From Leptogorgia sarmentosa (Eukaryota), in the NCBI GenBank assembly GCA_964658305.1, contig OZ210885.1:23870001-23934000 (forward strand): DNA of 64,000 nt, written 5' to 3'. Within the stretch, counting starts at the first letter, position 1, and the number at the start of each line of letters is the position of its first letter. The position numbers and the translations under genes are program-made. The notes below the pieces were generated by a model, which did not search any database, was not told the origin of the DNA, and saw nothing but the letters and a program-made list of their open reading frames with translations. This document shows, piece after piece, positions 50,129-63,050 of the stretch.

Positions 50129-51625
50129 CGTAAAATTATGATAAGATAGTGTTTGTACATCCTCGATTATCGAACTCATATGGATATTAACTTTAACATT
50201 ACGATATGTAAATAATGTTATTTTCTTCTCTTCACCCTGTTTCTTTTTTCTAACAATGGCTTGAACGATTCACTAAGTCCATCTTGAAGAGTGATGGTTT
50301 TCGGTTTCCTTTGCTTCTAGTTCTTCCCTATTTCTTTGCTCCAGTGCAGATATTTCCTTTAAATGCGATTCCTTCATCTGGCCAATTTGAGAAAAGAACT
50401 GTTGTTCCATTTTTTTAATCTGCTGGTCGTCATTCGAAGCGCTTGCATCTCTCTCTAGATCTTCTGATCTCTTTGTAAACTCAAGCTCATCGTCATAATC
50501 TTCGTGTTCACGCTCTTGTAATACTAAAATAAACAGTTGCAATTAAATCTTGTTGCCATTAATTTCCATCTCTATAGTATACATATTTAAATATCTCATT
50601 TTTATAGGATTTAAACCAGTTATTTACTTAACTTACAGCTGTCTAGATCAGCAAGCAATGCACTAGAAATTTGAGACCTCGGACAACAAATTCCAACACT
50701 GCTTAAAACTGCACATGCTTTAACGAAATTCAAATGCAGACAAGCTCCATGCCCAGATACTCTCGATACAACTTTTGGTTTAAGTAAGTGGGAAGCCTGC
50801 AAGTAAATTTAATTTAATTAAACGTTAATAGAAAAACTCGTCCCATGCCGTTGTGATGCGATAATGCACTCGGGGAATGTTAGGAGAATAATTCTCCAAA
50901 ACGTCGTGTCAATGTAAGTGTCAAGATCTGCAGCATCTAATATTGAAGAATCAGAATGAAAAGAATCTATTAATTCATACGAACTTCGTTTTAAGCACCC
51001 TGGTATTCTGGTAACATTCTGCTAAAAAATGTCAAACGTAGATTGAAGACAAATTTCTAGTCGAAGATGACATGGCAGCTTTGAAATAAAATTGTATCTC
51101 TGATTATCCAGCAATGAAAATCAAACTGACATCAACAATCGAAATATTTACCTTCTCAGCAAAATAACGGTACACAGAGTAAATACTACCTAAACGATTA
51201 GGCAGCCCTTGAAGCCTCTCACTGACGAATTGCACATGTTGGCTCACATTCAGAGGGTTCATTCCAATAGCCAATTTTTATAATGTCTGGAATGCAGCTG
51301 GTACTTGCAAGTATGAACATTACTTCTTTTTGCTCCAAAAAATTGCTTGTGTTGTCGACAATTTTTTCAAACCATATAGGAGCAGTTCTTTCAAAGCACC
51401 TATACATATCAAGTACAAGTCCAAATAAAGTATTAAAGTTGTTATGATTATATAGAATGGTGGTCATGACAGTGTCTACAAATCTTTTTTTTTATTGATG
51501 AGGCATTGACAGATGATAGTTTTTTGTGTGCGTATTCTCAAACTCTACAATGCATTTCGTGTGTTTTATTCAGCAGGAAAAATGTAATTAACATACATAC
51601 CTTGTATCATCAAGGGTAAAGTTAA

Positions 51626-53017
51626 AGTGTTACTGCAACGAATTTTTCGACCTCATTTTTTTGCCTTAAATAAATATTCAGGTCGAAAGATGAAATTTGG
51701 TATATAGATGACTTTCGTACGTTGAGTGGAAGTAACTAAATTTCGCCTCCAAACTTCGATACAGGATGCGAAAAAAACAGCCGCCATTTTGTCACCTTGT
51801 GACGTCACAAGTGTAACACGTTTAGCAAAGCTACTAGTAAATTGTATTACGTTAGAGCTATACTCTGTGTTTCTCGTGCTTTTTTGGCTGGAAAAAAAAA
51901 TTCTTTTGAAACAAAACTTGAACATAGGCATTTTAAGACAATATATTTTGCTCATGTCGAGTAACGAGTCTGGCGGAGACCCGCAATCGTGTGAAAGTTC
52001 AAGTGAAACTGCATGACCCAGTGTGACGGTGTCGGATAGCTCATTAGTTCATGTCACATCGCACTGCTTTGCGTACGACGACAAACCTATAGCAGAACCT
52101 GGGGAAACGAATTGTGTTCCAGAGGATCCAGATGGATTGTTGCCAGCAATTATTGAACAAAGAAGCGACGGTAGAATAACTCTGGAACAGTGATAAGTGA
52201 AGGTTCAAGACTGTTTAGATTTTAGCCTAATTAAAATAGCCGACGTAAGCTAAATTTGAATGTATATTTTATTGCTTTTATTTAATATTCATCTGTAATG
52301 ATATATTGTTAATTTTGATATCAATATATTGATATCAGTATAATTATTGATTCCACATTGCCGTCTCAATATCTCAGAACAAGTGTGTATGTAAAAGAGC
52401 CCAATTCTATAGGCCCTTTCTTTTGGGCTTCCTTGCCTTCTATTTATTAAATTTGTAAATACTTAAGCTGTGGCAGAATAAATTTTATTTGATTTGATAA
52501 GGAAAATAGTCACAATTCATAGCAAGTTAATATTTAGCGATTTTGCTAACTCTAGATTCATATCATAGCACGAATCTTCGAAGTGAAGGCACGAGGTCGC
52601 CGTAGCGTCAAAACCCGGGTTATGTTTACAGACAAATTTCACCCACTTATTCCGTCTCTGAGCATCTGTTTCTTCATTAGGGAATATATGCATAGATACT
52701 CCTTCAGTTTTGCTATCATTGACGCAGCCAACTAAGTTAGGACCGCCAGCAACGCAACGTTTTCCTCCGGGAGTAGCTTTACATCTATTAGAAATATACG
52801 CCATGTTGAAAATGTGTCACACTTGTGACGTCACACGACATTAATATGGTGGTCGAAAAGTTCGCACGGAAGTAGCCAAAAATCGCAACTTTGAAAGGCC
52901 ATAAAATCCGTTTGAAAAGAGCAATTTTAATTCTGTTTGCGGTAAACATATTCGGAGAGTAAGTACTTTAAAATAAGCCAATAAAAAGGGGGTCGAAAAA
53001 TTCGTTGCAGTAACACT
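51626..53017. mobile_element. Internally deleted Kolobok transposon (1392 bp)
   Basis: TTAA TSD and TIR AGTGTTACTGCAACGAATTTTTCGACC. Carries a THAP ORF on the minus strand and a convergent acidic KolX-like start on the plus strand (51954-52195). Confidence 0.92.
52517..52804 (-). CDS. THAP zinc finger, N-terminus of the Kolobok transposase (truncated)
   Basis: CVAGG..C.N..VSMHIFP..RRNKWVKFV..CLHF matches the C2CH THAP signature. Confidence 0.85.
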   Translation of the reverse strand: MAYISNRCKATPGGKRCVAGGPNLVGCVNDSKTEGVSMHIFPNEETDAQRRNKWVKFVCKHNPGFDATATSCLHFEDSCYDMNLELAKSLNINLL

Positions 53018-56000
53018 TTAACGGATAAAATAAATGTTGTTTCTGGCAACTCTTTGAAACGTCGATACTAGGGGTTTCGAAACTGTTGAGGGGTGTTTGG
53101 GATCATCCCAACAGACTGGAATTGTTGATTTCATAAGTTCTGTTGAAATTGACTCACTAGATGACAGTGAGATAAATTTACCACCAAAAAGCAGGCTAAT
53201 AATTTTTAGAGATGTGGACTTCCCACTTGATGTTTCACCCACTGCCATTGGTACACAACATGACCCTGCTAATAAATATATTATATTATAATTTTTTAAA
53301 TTTTAAACAGCGTTTTTCCATTGGAAAGTAGGCCTAAGTCATTATAAGAAGTGCATGGGACTGCATAAATCTATTGCTTTATATGTGATGGCAGGCGTAT
53401 ATACAAATCTATTTACGCCATATTCGATCCCTGGAAAAATTTTCAAATTTTTTTGTCTGAAGCAGCATATCCTTCTCTTTGAAGAAGACACTTGGAGAAT
53501 TAAGATAAAAATGCTCAATCTGTTCGTAATTAACAGCACGAACAAGCTAACATTATGAAAATAAACTGGCAAGACCCAATGTCAAGGAACCGAAACATTT
53601 ATACATTGCTGCACAGCATACGTAGAAACAGTAATGCACATATAACATACCTATAACACTCAAGACATCCCGGTAGTGAAAGGCGGTAACTGCACCCGCA
53701 AAATACATGAGAAACGCAAAAAAATTCTTGCCAAAAAATACTTTGGCTTCTGTAATGAATTTGGACCAGGAAAAGCTCTCCACTGAGGTTTCAAAACTAA
53801 CTGGGTAGTAGCGCAAAAATTCCTTCACACAACTGTCATTTGAAGCACACTGCATGCTTTTTAAGTATGGAACCATAAATACAAATTTCTGCTCTTCTTT
53901 CGGTATCAATTCACCTTTATCATTTAACTGAAAAGAAAATTTAAAAAGTATGTCCATATATAATCCTAAGACCTGGGACCACATCATTTTCAACACTTGA
54001 AATAACGCATTTCCGCGCGCGATGTATTTTAATGTTATCTTTCTGCACATGTGTACTGTAATAGATCATGATGACGTCAGAGCGTGAAAAGAAGTAAAAG
54101 TACCGCACAAGACGAAGTCGAGTGCCGTGACTTTTTGTTCTTTTTGCGCTATGGTGTCTTCCGCGATCTAATACTGTACACACGCACGAAAAAATGAAAT
54201 CCATTTGTTTTATGCATCTGTTCTAAAAGCACGAGTTGACCATGAATGACTACGAGTTACAAAGACTGGTTTCAGAGCGGAAAAACTGCTTGTTATATGG
54301 AATTCGTGTAAAATAAACCTTTATCTATTGTTTTTAAACAGTTTATTATATATTTCTGATTGACTATACTCCTCTGTGTCCTGCATTTAATAAATAAAAA
54401 GTCAGTGTAAATATTTCCTGAAGTGCACTCGGTTCCAATCAACTTCTATTTCATGATTGTAATAATCGTATTGCACATTTGCTTAAAACCCCATGACTTT
54501 TGACAAATCATAACATAAAATTAAATTTTATTACAACACAAAACTCTGCAAAATTCAATGTTACACTTGATTTTGACAGGTTATTAAATTTTAGATATTT
54601 TAACGATGCAAACACACACCAATTAATAATTATCTGTATATTATCATCAAGATTCTTACAATGATATGATAATCCAACGATTTCATACGATCATGGTCCA
54701 ATCGTGTCACTCAGTCGTGTGTACTTTTAGAACTGATCGTTTTATACATCAAAACTGCTCTGAAAAATTAGGTTTTGTTGATTGTGTCGCACCTTATAAC
54801 TATGGTTGCACGCACAAGAACCAACGAAGTATTGTATGTAATATTAAGGAGTTTAGGCAGGCAGGACGGCGACGCGACGACGGCAGCCAAAATTATTTGG
54901 TTAAATAAGTTATTGTAAAGAAAATTTGTCTTTATTATCCTTCGTATGAAGTCAGTACAGCTTAAGAAGGAACAATACATGGCTTCACGATTCTAATGAG
55001 TTCTATTGAGCAAATTTGATGTGGCATATGTCGCGGTTTCAAGGCGTTTTACACAAGATGTGAAAATCCGTGGTTTTGCGTTGTATACAGAACGACATCT
55101 AAAATGCACATGTGATTTAAATTATTCATCCCTTTACCCTGGTTCCAGAGCCTCTTATATAGGGCTGTCTGTGTACACTGATACAGAATGGATACGAAGT
55201 TTGTAATGTATCAAACGCACTCAACAATCATGTTTTCAAATTAATTTTAAAAATATATAAATAAAAAGTTTAAAAATTGACACTACATGATTAAACATGT
55301 ACTTCTTTTCATTTTTCCTCAAATTATTAATGAGTTTCATAAAATTATTTATAGATGTAACAACAGCGATTTAATTTGCTGTCTTTTTAGTAGCCAATCA
55401 GAGGCTTTGTTTACAAACATTGTAAATTTCACGATTTAATCTCAAACAAAGTTAGGAATATTTATGCATATTTGGGAACGATCCGTAAGTGAATGCAACA
55501 AAAGTCCTTAAACTGTAAAATCCACATCCCATTTTTATAGGTCAAACGTGCACGCCTTGCTATATCATCCAGCACAAAATGCGAATAGCAGACAGAACAT
55601 ATGACAGTTTTTGTATTTTGTGCTGCATGGGCTTTGTTCTTTGAAATTTATTCTCCGATAACTATATTTTATGCAGTACTAGTTTATACCTGTACTTTTT
55701 CATTTAAAACGTAAGTTGCCATCCCAGCGTCGGTTTTCTCCTGTTTTCCGATAACAAGAGCTGCTTTTTTCGTTTTATTCTCAGCTGGGTCCGCCCAAAA
55801 TTTTTCAGTTGCTTTCATAAGAAAAGTACACAGCTGGTTATCCTGTATACCTTGCCACAGTACGCCACCGCGACTGGAAAAGGTTCGGTTTATGGCAGCT
55901 TGGAACTTTTTGGCATTTGTCATTTCGTCGCATGTTACAAAACACTCCCTAAAACAAATAGTTATACACAAGATCTTTCAGGTATTCAATCTCATTTCAT

Positions 56001-56049
56001 GTTAACTCATTTATCTATGATTAAAAGTAATATGTATGTCAGAATAAGC

Positions 56050-56370
56050 CTTAATAATAGCATAGTTGACCGGGTTTCTTTTGTTTCTACTGGGTCAATT
56101 ACTAACTAATCGCCCGCTCGGTTATGGATGGTCAAACATGCAAATAATTACATTCTACACAACAACAAAACACTTAGTAATTGACCCTGTAAAAACAAAA
56201 GAAACCCGGTCAACTATGCTATTACAAACTAATAGCATGGCTTTTCGGGACAATAGTGATTAAATGGTCCCTTACCCTTGGTAGCTTTGTGGAATTCCCG
56301 AGGGCGAACCTACCTCGGGTTACGGGACCATTTAATCACTAATCTCCCTCAAGCCATGCTATTACTTATA
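56050..56370. repeat. Two adjacent palindromic non-autonomous elements
   Basis: TAATAGCATAGTTGACCGGGTTTC..GAAACCCGGTCAACTATGCTATTA (56056-56224) and TAATAGCATGGCTT..AAGCCATGCTATTA (56230-56364). Confidence 0.8.
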
Positions 56371-56669
56371 ATTATCCTAACATAAATTAAGCCTCTTTCA
56401 AAAGTGCACCTTTCGAATCAAAGGACCCTGCAATAATTGGGAGCAGTCAGTTCGGGAAGTGACTCAATAAGCGTTTTGCGCGATTGCTAATCTACCTGAC
56501 GAGTTCTGCGCGATTGCTAATCTAAAATGGCGTTTCATGCAATCATAACATTCATGTATGTATATCTGAATATATATGGATATCAAAGATTGTAAATGTT
56601 AAATCATCATATTAAATATATGCAATATTGTCAGATGAGCAATTATTTCCCAATGTTCGACCCTCTTTT

Positions 56670-58568
56670 CAAAATATCGAACGAGCCCCCTTGGATTACT
56701 CTGAAACTGAAACAACTTATTCGCAGACGTCAGATATCTTTAGCACAAGGTGATTTGATATCATTCCGCCGTTTTAGAAATCAAGTTAATCGTGAGGGAA
56801 AGACCTGCCGCTCAAAGTTTTACGAAGCTAAAGTAAAAGAATTGAAAGAGAGTGCCCCAGCAAAGTGGTGGAAGGAAATAAAGAAACTTAGTGGAATGAC
56901 GGAACAATTCACAACCCCCGAAGATATTATATCCCAACTGCATAATGTGGAATTTAGATCGACTAATTCGACATCTTGTGACCCCGACCCTCACCAAATC
57001 GCCAACTTGATAAACGAAGCATTTCTGGCACCAACGAAAGACTTCAATCCCCTACCTCCAAATAGTCCGCAACGAAATGTCGATGAAGATACAATAAATT
57101 TCCAAGTTACCGAATTCCAGGTCTTTAAAAGCTTATCAACCTGCAACTCAAGTAAATCCATGGGACCAGATGGCATCCCTGGTTGGGTCCTTAAAGAAAA
57201 CGCGGATATCTTAGCACAACCCATTGCAGACATTGTAAATAAATCATACAGCGAGACCCATCTCCCATTATCCTGGAAGTCTGCAGATGTTGTACCAATC
57301 CCAAAGGAAAAACCAGTGTGTGACATAAACCGTCATCTGCGACCCATTTCCCTAACCCGGATTGAGTCCAAAGTCGCCAAGGACTATATTGTAGACTGTT
57401 TTGTCAAACCAGCTGTTCTTAAAAGAGTAGATCCCAATGAGTATGGAACGATTCCTAATTCAAGCACCGTCCATGCCCTCGTAAGCATGCTTCATTCTTG
57501 GAGCGGATCAACTAGAGTGATGCTGTTTGACTTTAGAAAGGCCTTCGATCTGATTGACCACCATTTACTACTTCAGAAACTAAAAACATACGATCTACCA
57601 CAATTGACAATTGATTGGATAAAAGATTTTTTGACTTGCAGAAAACAACGGGTCAAACTGAACTCTGATTGTTATTCTGAATGGGAACCAGTTACAGCAG
57701 GTGTCCCCTAGGGAACAAAACTTGGGCCATGGCTATTCACAATAATGATTAACGACTTAGTGATCCCCACATCTGATATGTGGAAGTTTGTCGATGATTC
57801 AACTTTGTCGATGATTCAACTTTATCGGAAGCAATCAAAAAAGGAGATACAAGTTATATTCAAAATGAAGTTGATCAATTCATTTTCGAGGCAAAAGCCA
57901 ATAAATTCCAACTAAATGAGAGAAAGTGCAAAGAACTACATATTGGATTTAATCGGAATTCACTGCAACTCGACCCTATCCTAATTAATAACAACCCTAT
58001 CGAAGTTGTTGAATGTGCAAAGCTCCTTGGTCTATATATCTCCAATAACCTGAAGTGGAATAATCATATTCACGAAATCACCAAAAAAGCGCGGAAAATT
58101 CTGTTCTTTCTAAGCCAATTGAAAACTAGTTCAATTCTATACTGTTTGCATCCGACCAATTTTGGAGTATGCATCCCCAGTTTTCCATGACAGCCTAACC
58201 GCCTACATATCAAACGATCTTGAAATGATTCAAAAAAGAGCTCTGAGGATATATTCCCTTGGGTCCCATACGATGAGGCACTTAGTGTTGCCGGCCTTCA
58301 ACAATTAAGTACACGAAGACAAAGATTTACAGACAAACTTTTCCATGAAATAGAATCTAATGATAGCCATAGATTGCATAACTTACTACCTCCTCGTAAT
58401 TTGAACCATTTTATTCTAAGAACAAAACACAAATTTAATGTCAACTTCCAGACAGAACGACACAGAAAAACTTTTATTGTACATAATTCATTAAAATTTT
58501 AAGATATAATTGTAATAGTTGTTTTTAAGTTTCAAAGTTAATTTTAATAAAATTATCTATCATCTATC
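56670..58568 (+). mobile_element. 5'-truncated CR1-group LINE (same group as 8470-10470)
   Basis: PPWIT, GPDGIP, RPISLT, DFRKAFD, GVP*GTKLGPWLF and FVDD (with a local 17-bp duplication). AATAAA plus TATC tail. Confidence 0.92.
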
Positions 58569-59145
58569 ATTACATATGTATATCAAACATTTTTCACTAA
58601 TTGACCATTTACAAACTTCGCATTGAGCGTATATTTTATAAAGTTTGCACAATTTTACTGAATTTAAGATGCAGTATATAAGTAGAGTTTAAAAGAATAT
58701 ATTAAGCTGAAAATAGATAAAAAATTGAATGTATTTGAATTACAATGGTCAAAAATATAGTCACAGTCGTTGTGAAAATGGCGCCTCCCACTGTTGGGCT
58801 GAGGAGTGGCACTTGAGATTTCCGAATAACTTTATTCCAAGAAAAATTACTGTATCCAAAAATTACTCATCAGTTATAAGTGATATATTGTATGAATAGC
58901 GGATAGTGATTATTTTCAATTGTCAAGTAAATATTTGAAAAGCACAAACTTATATTAAATATATATAACGAAACTTTAACTTTAAAATATTAAACTTTCA
59001 TTTGGCTTATACCAGTATATAAATGAACAATTTTGGAGAGTTAAAAAAAAAATTCCAATCCAGTGAATAGTGTTATCTATCTTTGTGCTATAGAACATTT
59101 TATAGATTAAGAATTAGACAACAACTCCAATGAAGATTTTTATAC

Positions 59146-59899
59146 CTTTAAAGTCGATTCTCTTGGATTCGTTACTTGTTCGGTATCAGTCTCCATCTCT
59201 AACTCTGTCCCCGTCTCAGCTGCAACGACTTCTCGTACGGGTGGCGTTGACTTGATTGCGGAAAGCAAAGTATGTATGTGGATACACAAAGATTTTGTTC
59301 TTTCTTGCTTTGCCTTAGACATTATACCCCGGCAATTTTTACCACAACAGGTTATACTGGAAAGGTCAGCATTGTGTTTGACATGACAGAACCCCAAAGT
59401 ATTGCTTGCACTTGCTGTTGCATAAACAGTAAACACCCCATCACCAACTTCTACTACTAGTGCGCATGCCGTACCATATCTTGCATGCAAATCGTCTACG
59501 TTTCCACGAATCTCGTCTCGAATGGAACCTGGACATGGGTAGGCCATCAGTGTATCGGTGCTGATTTCGTGTTTCACATGTGGCTCAGAAAGATGATCAA
59601 CCGTTTTGTCAATGTGTTCACAACGGAATTGCGTGCCGCTTTGGACACACACAGCCCTTCTCTGCTTGCCCAGCTCATCATATCCACACTCCTTTATCTC
59701 GGGAAACAAAATATGTATCATTGCTAATTGATATACGGACAGCTGGCGGAACAATTCTCTTAGCTTTTTTGGTCTTTGGTACATGCGAACCACCAATAGC
59801 ATAGTTGCAGCTTTGGCAAAACGCTGGTTTATATCTGTTGAAATAGTTAGCTTTACAATTTGGACAACTGCCACTTCCACGTTTTCCGCTTGAACTCAT
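59146..59899 (-). pseudogene. HMGXB3/KDZ-associated Cys-rich N-terminal exon (frameshifted)
   Basis: KRGSGSCPNCKANYFNRYKPAFCQSC resembles the RG.G.C..C...Y.NR.KP..C..C motif I recall from HMGXB3. Followed by RAVC..CEH and CCGKNC..CIH SWIM-like clusters, then a splice donor. Confidence 0.6.
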
Positions 59900-61144
59900 C
59901 TCAAATCATTGTTATATATATATATACTCAAGTGAAATGCTTATATGCACCTGTGGCTGTCACTGGTAATACATTGAGGGTTGATGAAAGGGATGGGTTA
60001 GTCTATTCCTATGTCTTGTGACATCATTTGTGCAATCTCTATAGTTATTTTCATGTTATCATGACAATATAAGGGTTGGTCCTTCGAAAAATGATGGTGA
60101 CATCATCTTCACTATGTCTATAAATATTTTGTTTAAGGCAACGCCATCAGTCTATTTTCGATTATGAGTTATATCTAATTCCGCTATTTCCCACGAAAAT
60201 TCAGCCAGAAAAAGATTTTTGTCAGTTTTATTATAAGAGAATGACGGTCACCTGAAACTCATTCTTATTTTTACCAATGACATATACGTAATAAGGCGTT
60301 TCCCCTAAATTCATGCGATTTGATTGGTTGATGTTATATTACTCTGGTTTCTTCATTGCTCGATAACGCCACAGAAGGTAGGACTTAACCAGCGTTGTTG
60401 TTTGGATTAAATAAAAAAGACAGAATGAACGAAGACGGAAGGCAATCCAGATCTGAGCCAGAGTCATCTTCTGACTGTGAATTGGTACGTACATGTATCT
60501 GCAATACCTTTCTAACAATTTTCGTATTTCAAACATACTGTATATATATTATATACCATGTAGTTACCACAAGATTTCAAAACTAAGGCGGGACGGACAT
60601 TCATGCACGATGGAAAGAAATGGCTCCAATTTGGAGATTTTACTCTCAAAATATTGGGTGAAATTCCAGGTACAGGAAATTGGGTTTGTTCGTGTGGCGC
60701 GTCAGTTTTGGGCAATCTTTATATTTTATATGCAGTTTACATTAAGACGAAGATTTTCTGTATGTCACGTATTTCGCGCTCAAAACTCAAATTCGTCGAA
60801 ATATAAATTTCAAATTTTGAGGTTTCTCAGTCAGGAGAGTCACTTAAAAAGCTTGATGATTTCATAATTAATGATATAAAACGAAAATGAAAAGATTTTG
60901 GAGGGTACGCCTAAGAGAAAATTACGTTTGAAATCTTGCATTCATATTCCTTTTAGTTTCTCAATACCCAGACATAGTTTCGAAGATAGCAAATAGTATT
61001 GTTGAGACAATAATCATAGAATAATTTGATTTTGAGAGGAACGCCAAAAAGGTTTCAGGTTTTTAACACATTTCGTCGAAAATACGCGGCATAGAAAAAA
61101 TTATCCTCTTAAACATTATAAAATAGCCTTTTAAAAACACGGGC

Positions 61145-61510
61145 GTTGATTGGTCGAGAGGTAAAAAACCTGTGTTTCTATAACACTATAGAAACTCTAG
61201 GTACAGGAACTCCAGGTTCTATAACACTATAGAAACACAAGGATTTTCACGCGGGTTGTGTGGATTGCGCGGGAAATTAAAAAACCAAATGAATCTATGA
61301 ATGAATGCAATTGAAATCAATAAATTTGTCTTTTTATTGTTTTTTTTTCGGCTATTTAATAAAGGAAATAGAAAACATTTTTTCTCGAAATTGTGTGGAA
61401 ACACTCACACTTCGTGCTCGTGTTCCCACAGAATTTCTCGTTTCTCCCAAACTTCCACATGTGTTTCTATAACTCTATAGAAACACGGAAAATGTTTTCT
61501 ATTTCTTAAT
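61145..61510. repeat. Non-autonomous element with recurrent TTTCTATAAC.CTATAGAAAC palindromes
   Basis: Three copies, at about 61174, 61217 and 61463. Family unassigned. Confidence 0.6.
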
Positions 61511-62353
61511 TAACCTTATCATGTAAATATCTTCATTGAATATCGTATAACAGGGCCGGTTGTATAAAACTCTTAACTACCTGTTTCATAGTTAAATGGC
61601 ACTAGTTAACTCTAAAATATACGCATTTCTGATTGGTTAACTTTCGCACTTAACTATAGTTATGTTTGTATGCACGTTTTCCAGCAAGTTCACATAAATA
61701 GTAAGTACCATAGGTACCAATAACCTCAGTGAAAACGTCACGTATTGAGGAGTGGAAAAGTGTTGATTTTAACTAGTAGAAACAACCATGGAAAAGTGTT
61801 GATTTTAACTAGTAGACCGACAGATTTAGGATGCGGACGTCGAAGACGACATAAAAACAGCCTCAAAATGGTCTGGCATATCCATACGTGGGTAGAGCAC
61901 GCCAATATCATCATCTTTGATGTCCGCGTCCGACTATAGTTCTAGGTATCGTAGGTGTCCATCTACAAAATTGCTCATTTCTCTAAACCGCACGAGCTAA
62001 AAACTTAAAATTCGCATATGAAATAGAACATTTTCCGTGTTCCTATAGTTATAGCTAGAAACACGAGTGGAATTTTTGGGAAAACGACAATACAAAAAAC
62101 AAACGGGATTGGCGCGTCCTTGACAAAAATATGACTTTTTTAATCTCGTATGGTGTTGAAAAAGTAAGACAAGCTGGGGGAGGGGTGGGGGCATTTGCCC
62201 CCCACGAAATTCCTATTCATGTGCATTAACCTCGGCCTAGCTATCTCACAGAAAGGTCCCTTTCCAAAATATGCCCCCGTCCCCCATGGGAAAATCCTTA
62301 AAAAAGGCCCTGAAAAGTGAGATTTAACAGTTTTCTGCTTGACAATTTCTTAG

Positions 62354-62570
62354 GATCATTGTTGTACCAACAAACGCCTTCGATTCCAAAATAAAGTTCT
62401 TGGAAAAAACAAGAAATGCCCTTGGTGGAGGCACTTTCAGTTTGAATGAAGCTGTTACGAACTTTTATTCGTTCCTGAAACACCAGTATAATTCAGATGA
62501 ACCAAGAGCCTACTATGCTGTTGAAGTGATTGGACAACAGCCTTCTTCCTATTGGTGCTTATCCAGAGAC
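62354..62570 (+). pseudogene. Exon of a probable second homolog of the helicase-like gene; next exon begins at 63187
   Basis: IIVV..KIKF..GGG..FL..AVEVIGQQ..WCLSRD|IQID parallels ECFV..AKKF..RGG..FL..AALVIGKQ..YVLNEKVQ|LND. Both exons start in the same phase. Confidence 0.5.
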
Positions 62571-62798
62571 GTAAGTCATGAAAGTCAACGAAAATCCCAC
62601 AAGCCCGCCAAAACTTTCCGCGTAGAACCAAATGTTTTATTTTCATTCATGGTATATAGCTACTCAAGTTTACAACTTATACGATTACCGTAGTTCCCAA
62701 ATATTAACTGAAATTTTACAATACATACATGCATGTATGTGAAGCGTTCTTGTTGCTGGTACAGGACATCTACTTCCCTTTGAACAGATCCAATGTTA

Positions 62799-63050
62799 AG
62801 GCCTGATTCTACGACGGCGAAATATTTCGCGAGAAATTGTGTCTGCGGAATGCGGATGGTTGCACATGAACGATTCTATTGAATTCTCCCATATTTTTCG
62901 CTTTCACAGTGAGTAGAATAACTTCTACTCACTGGCGAAGCAAATTTTTTTCTCGAGAAATGTTACTTGCCTTTATAACGCATGCGTACAATTATTTTGC
63001 GCGAAAATTTTCGCGTTTCGCCAAGAAATATCGCCCGTGGAATCAGGCCT
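62799..63050. mobile_element. Harbinger-type MITE (252 bp)
   Basis: TIR AGGCCTGATTC / GAATCAGGCCT with TTA TSD. Confidence 0.88.

Larger units (their letters stand above)
51601..55948 (-). pseudogene. Spliced P-loop ATPase/helicase-like gene (SF3/DUF927-like motif order); possible further 3' exons down to ~50273
   Basis: Exons 55948-55690, 53927-53651 and 53265-53018(+51621-51601) have phase-compatible GT-AG junctions. Walker A PMAVGETSSGKST, Walker B PVCWDD, and motif-C-like PETTFILSVNF after a frameshift. Confidence 0.7.

Noticed and set aside
52517..52804. Host THAP transcription factor
   Set aside because: It lies within TIRs flanked by TTAA and is truncated.
55948..59146. Splicing of the HMGXB3-like exon into the ATPase exons as one gene
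   Set aside because: The exons are on the same strand, but no linking exons can be supported and the interval is filled by a LINE and hairpin elements. It cannot be excluded without transcripts.
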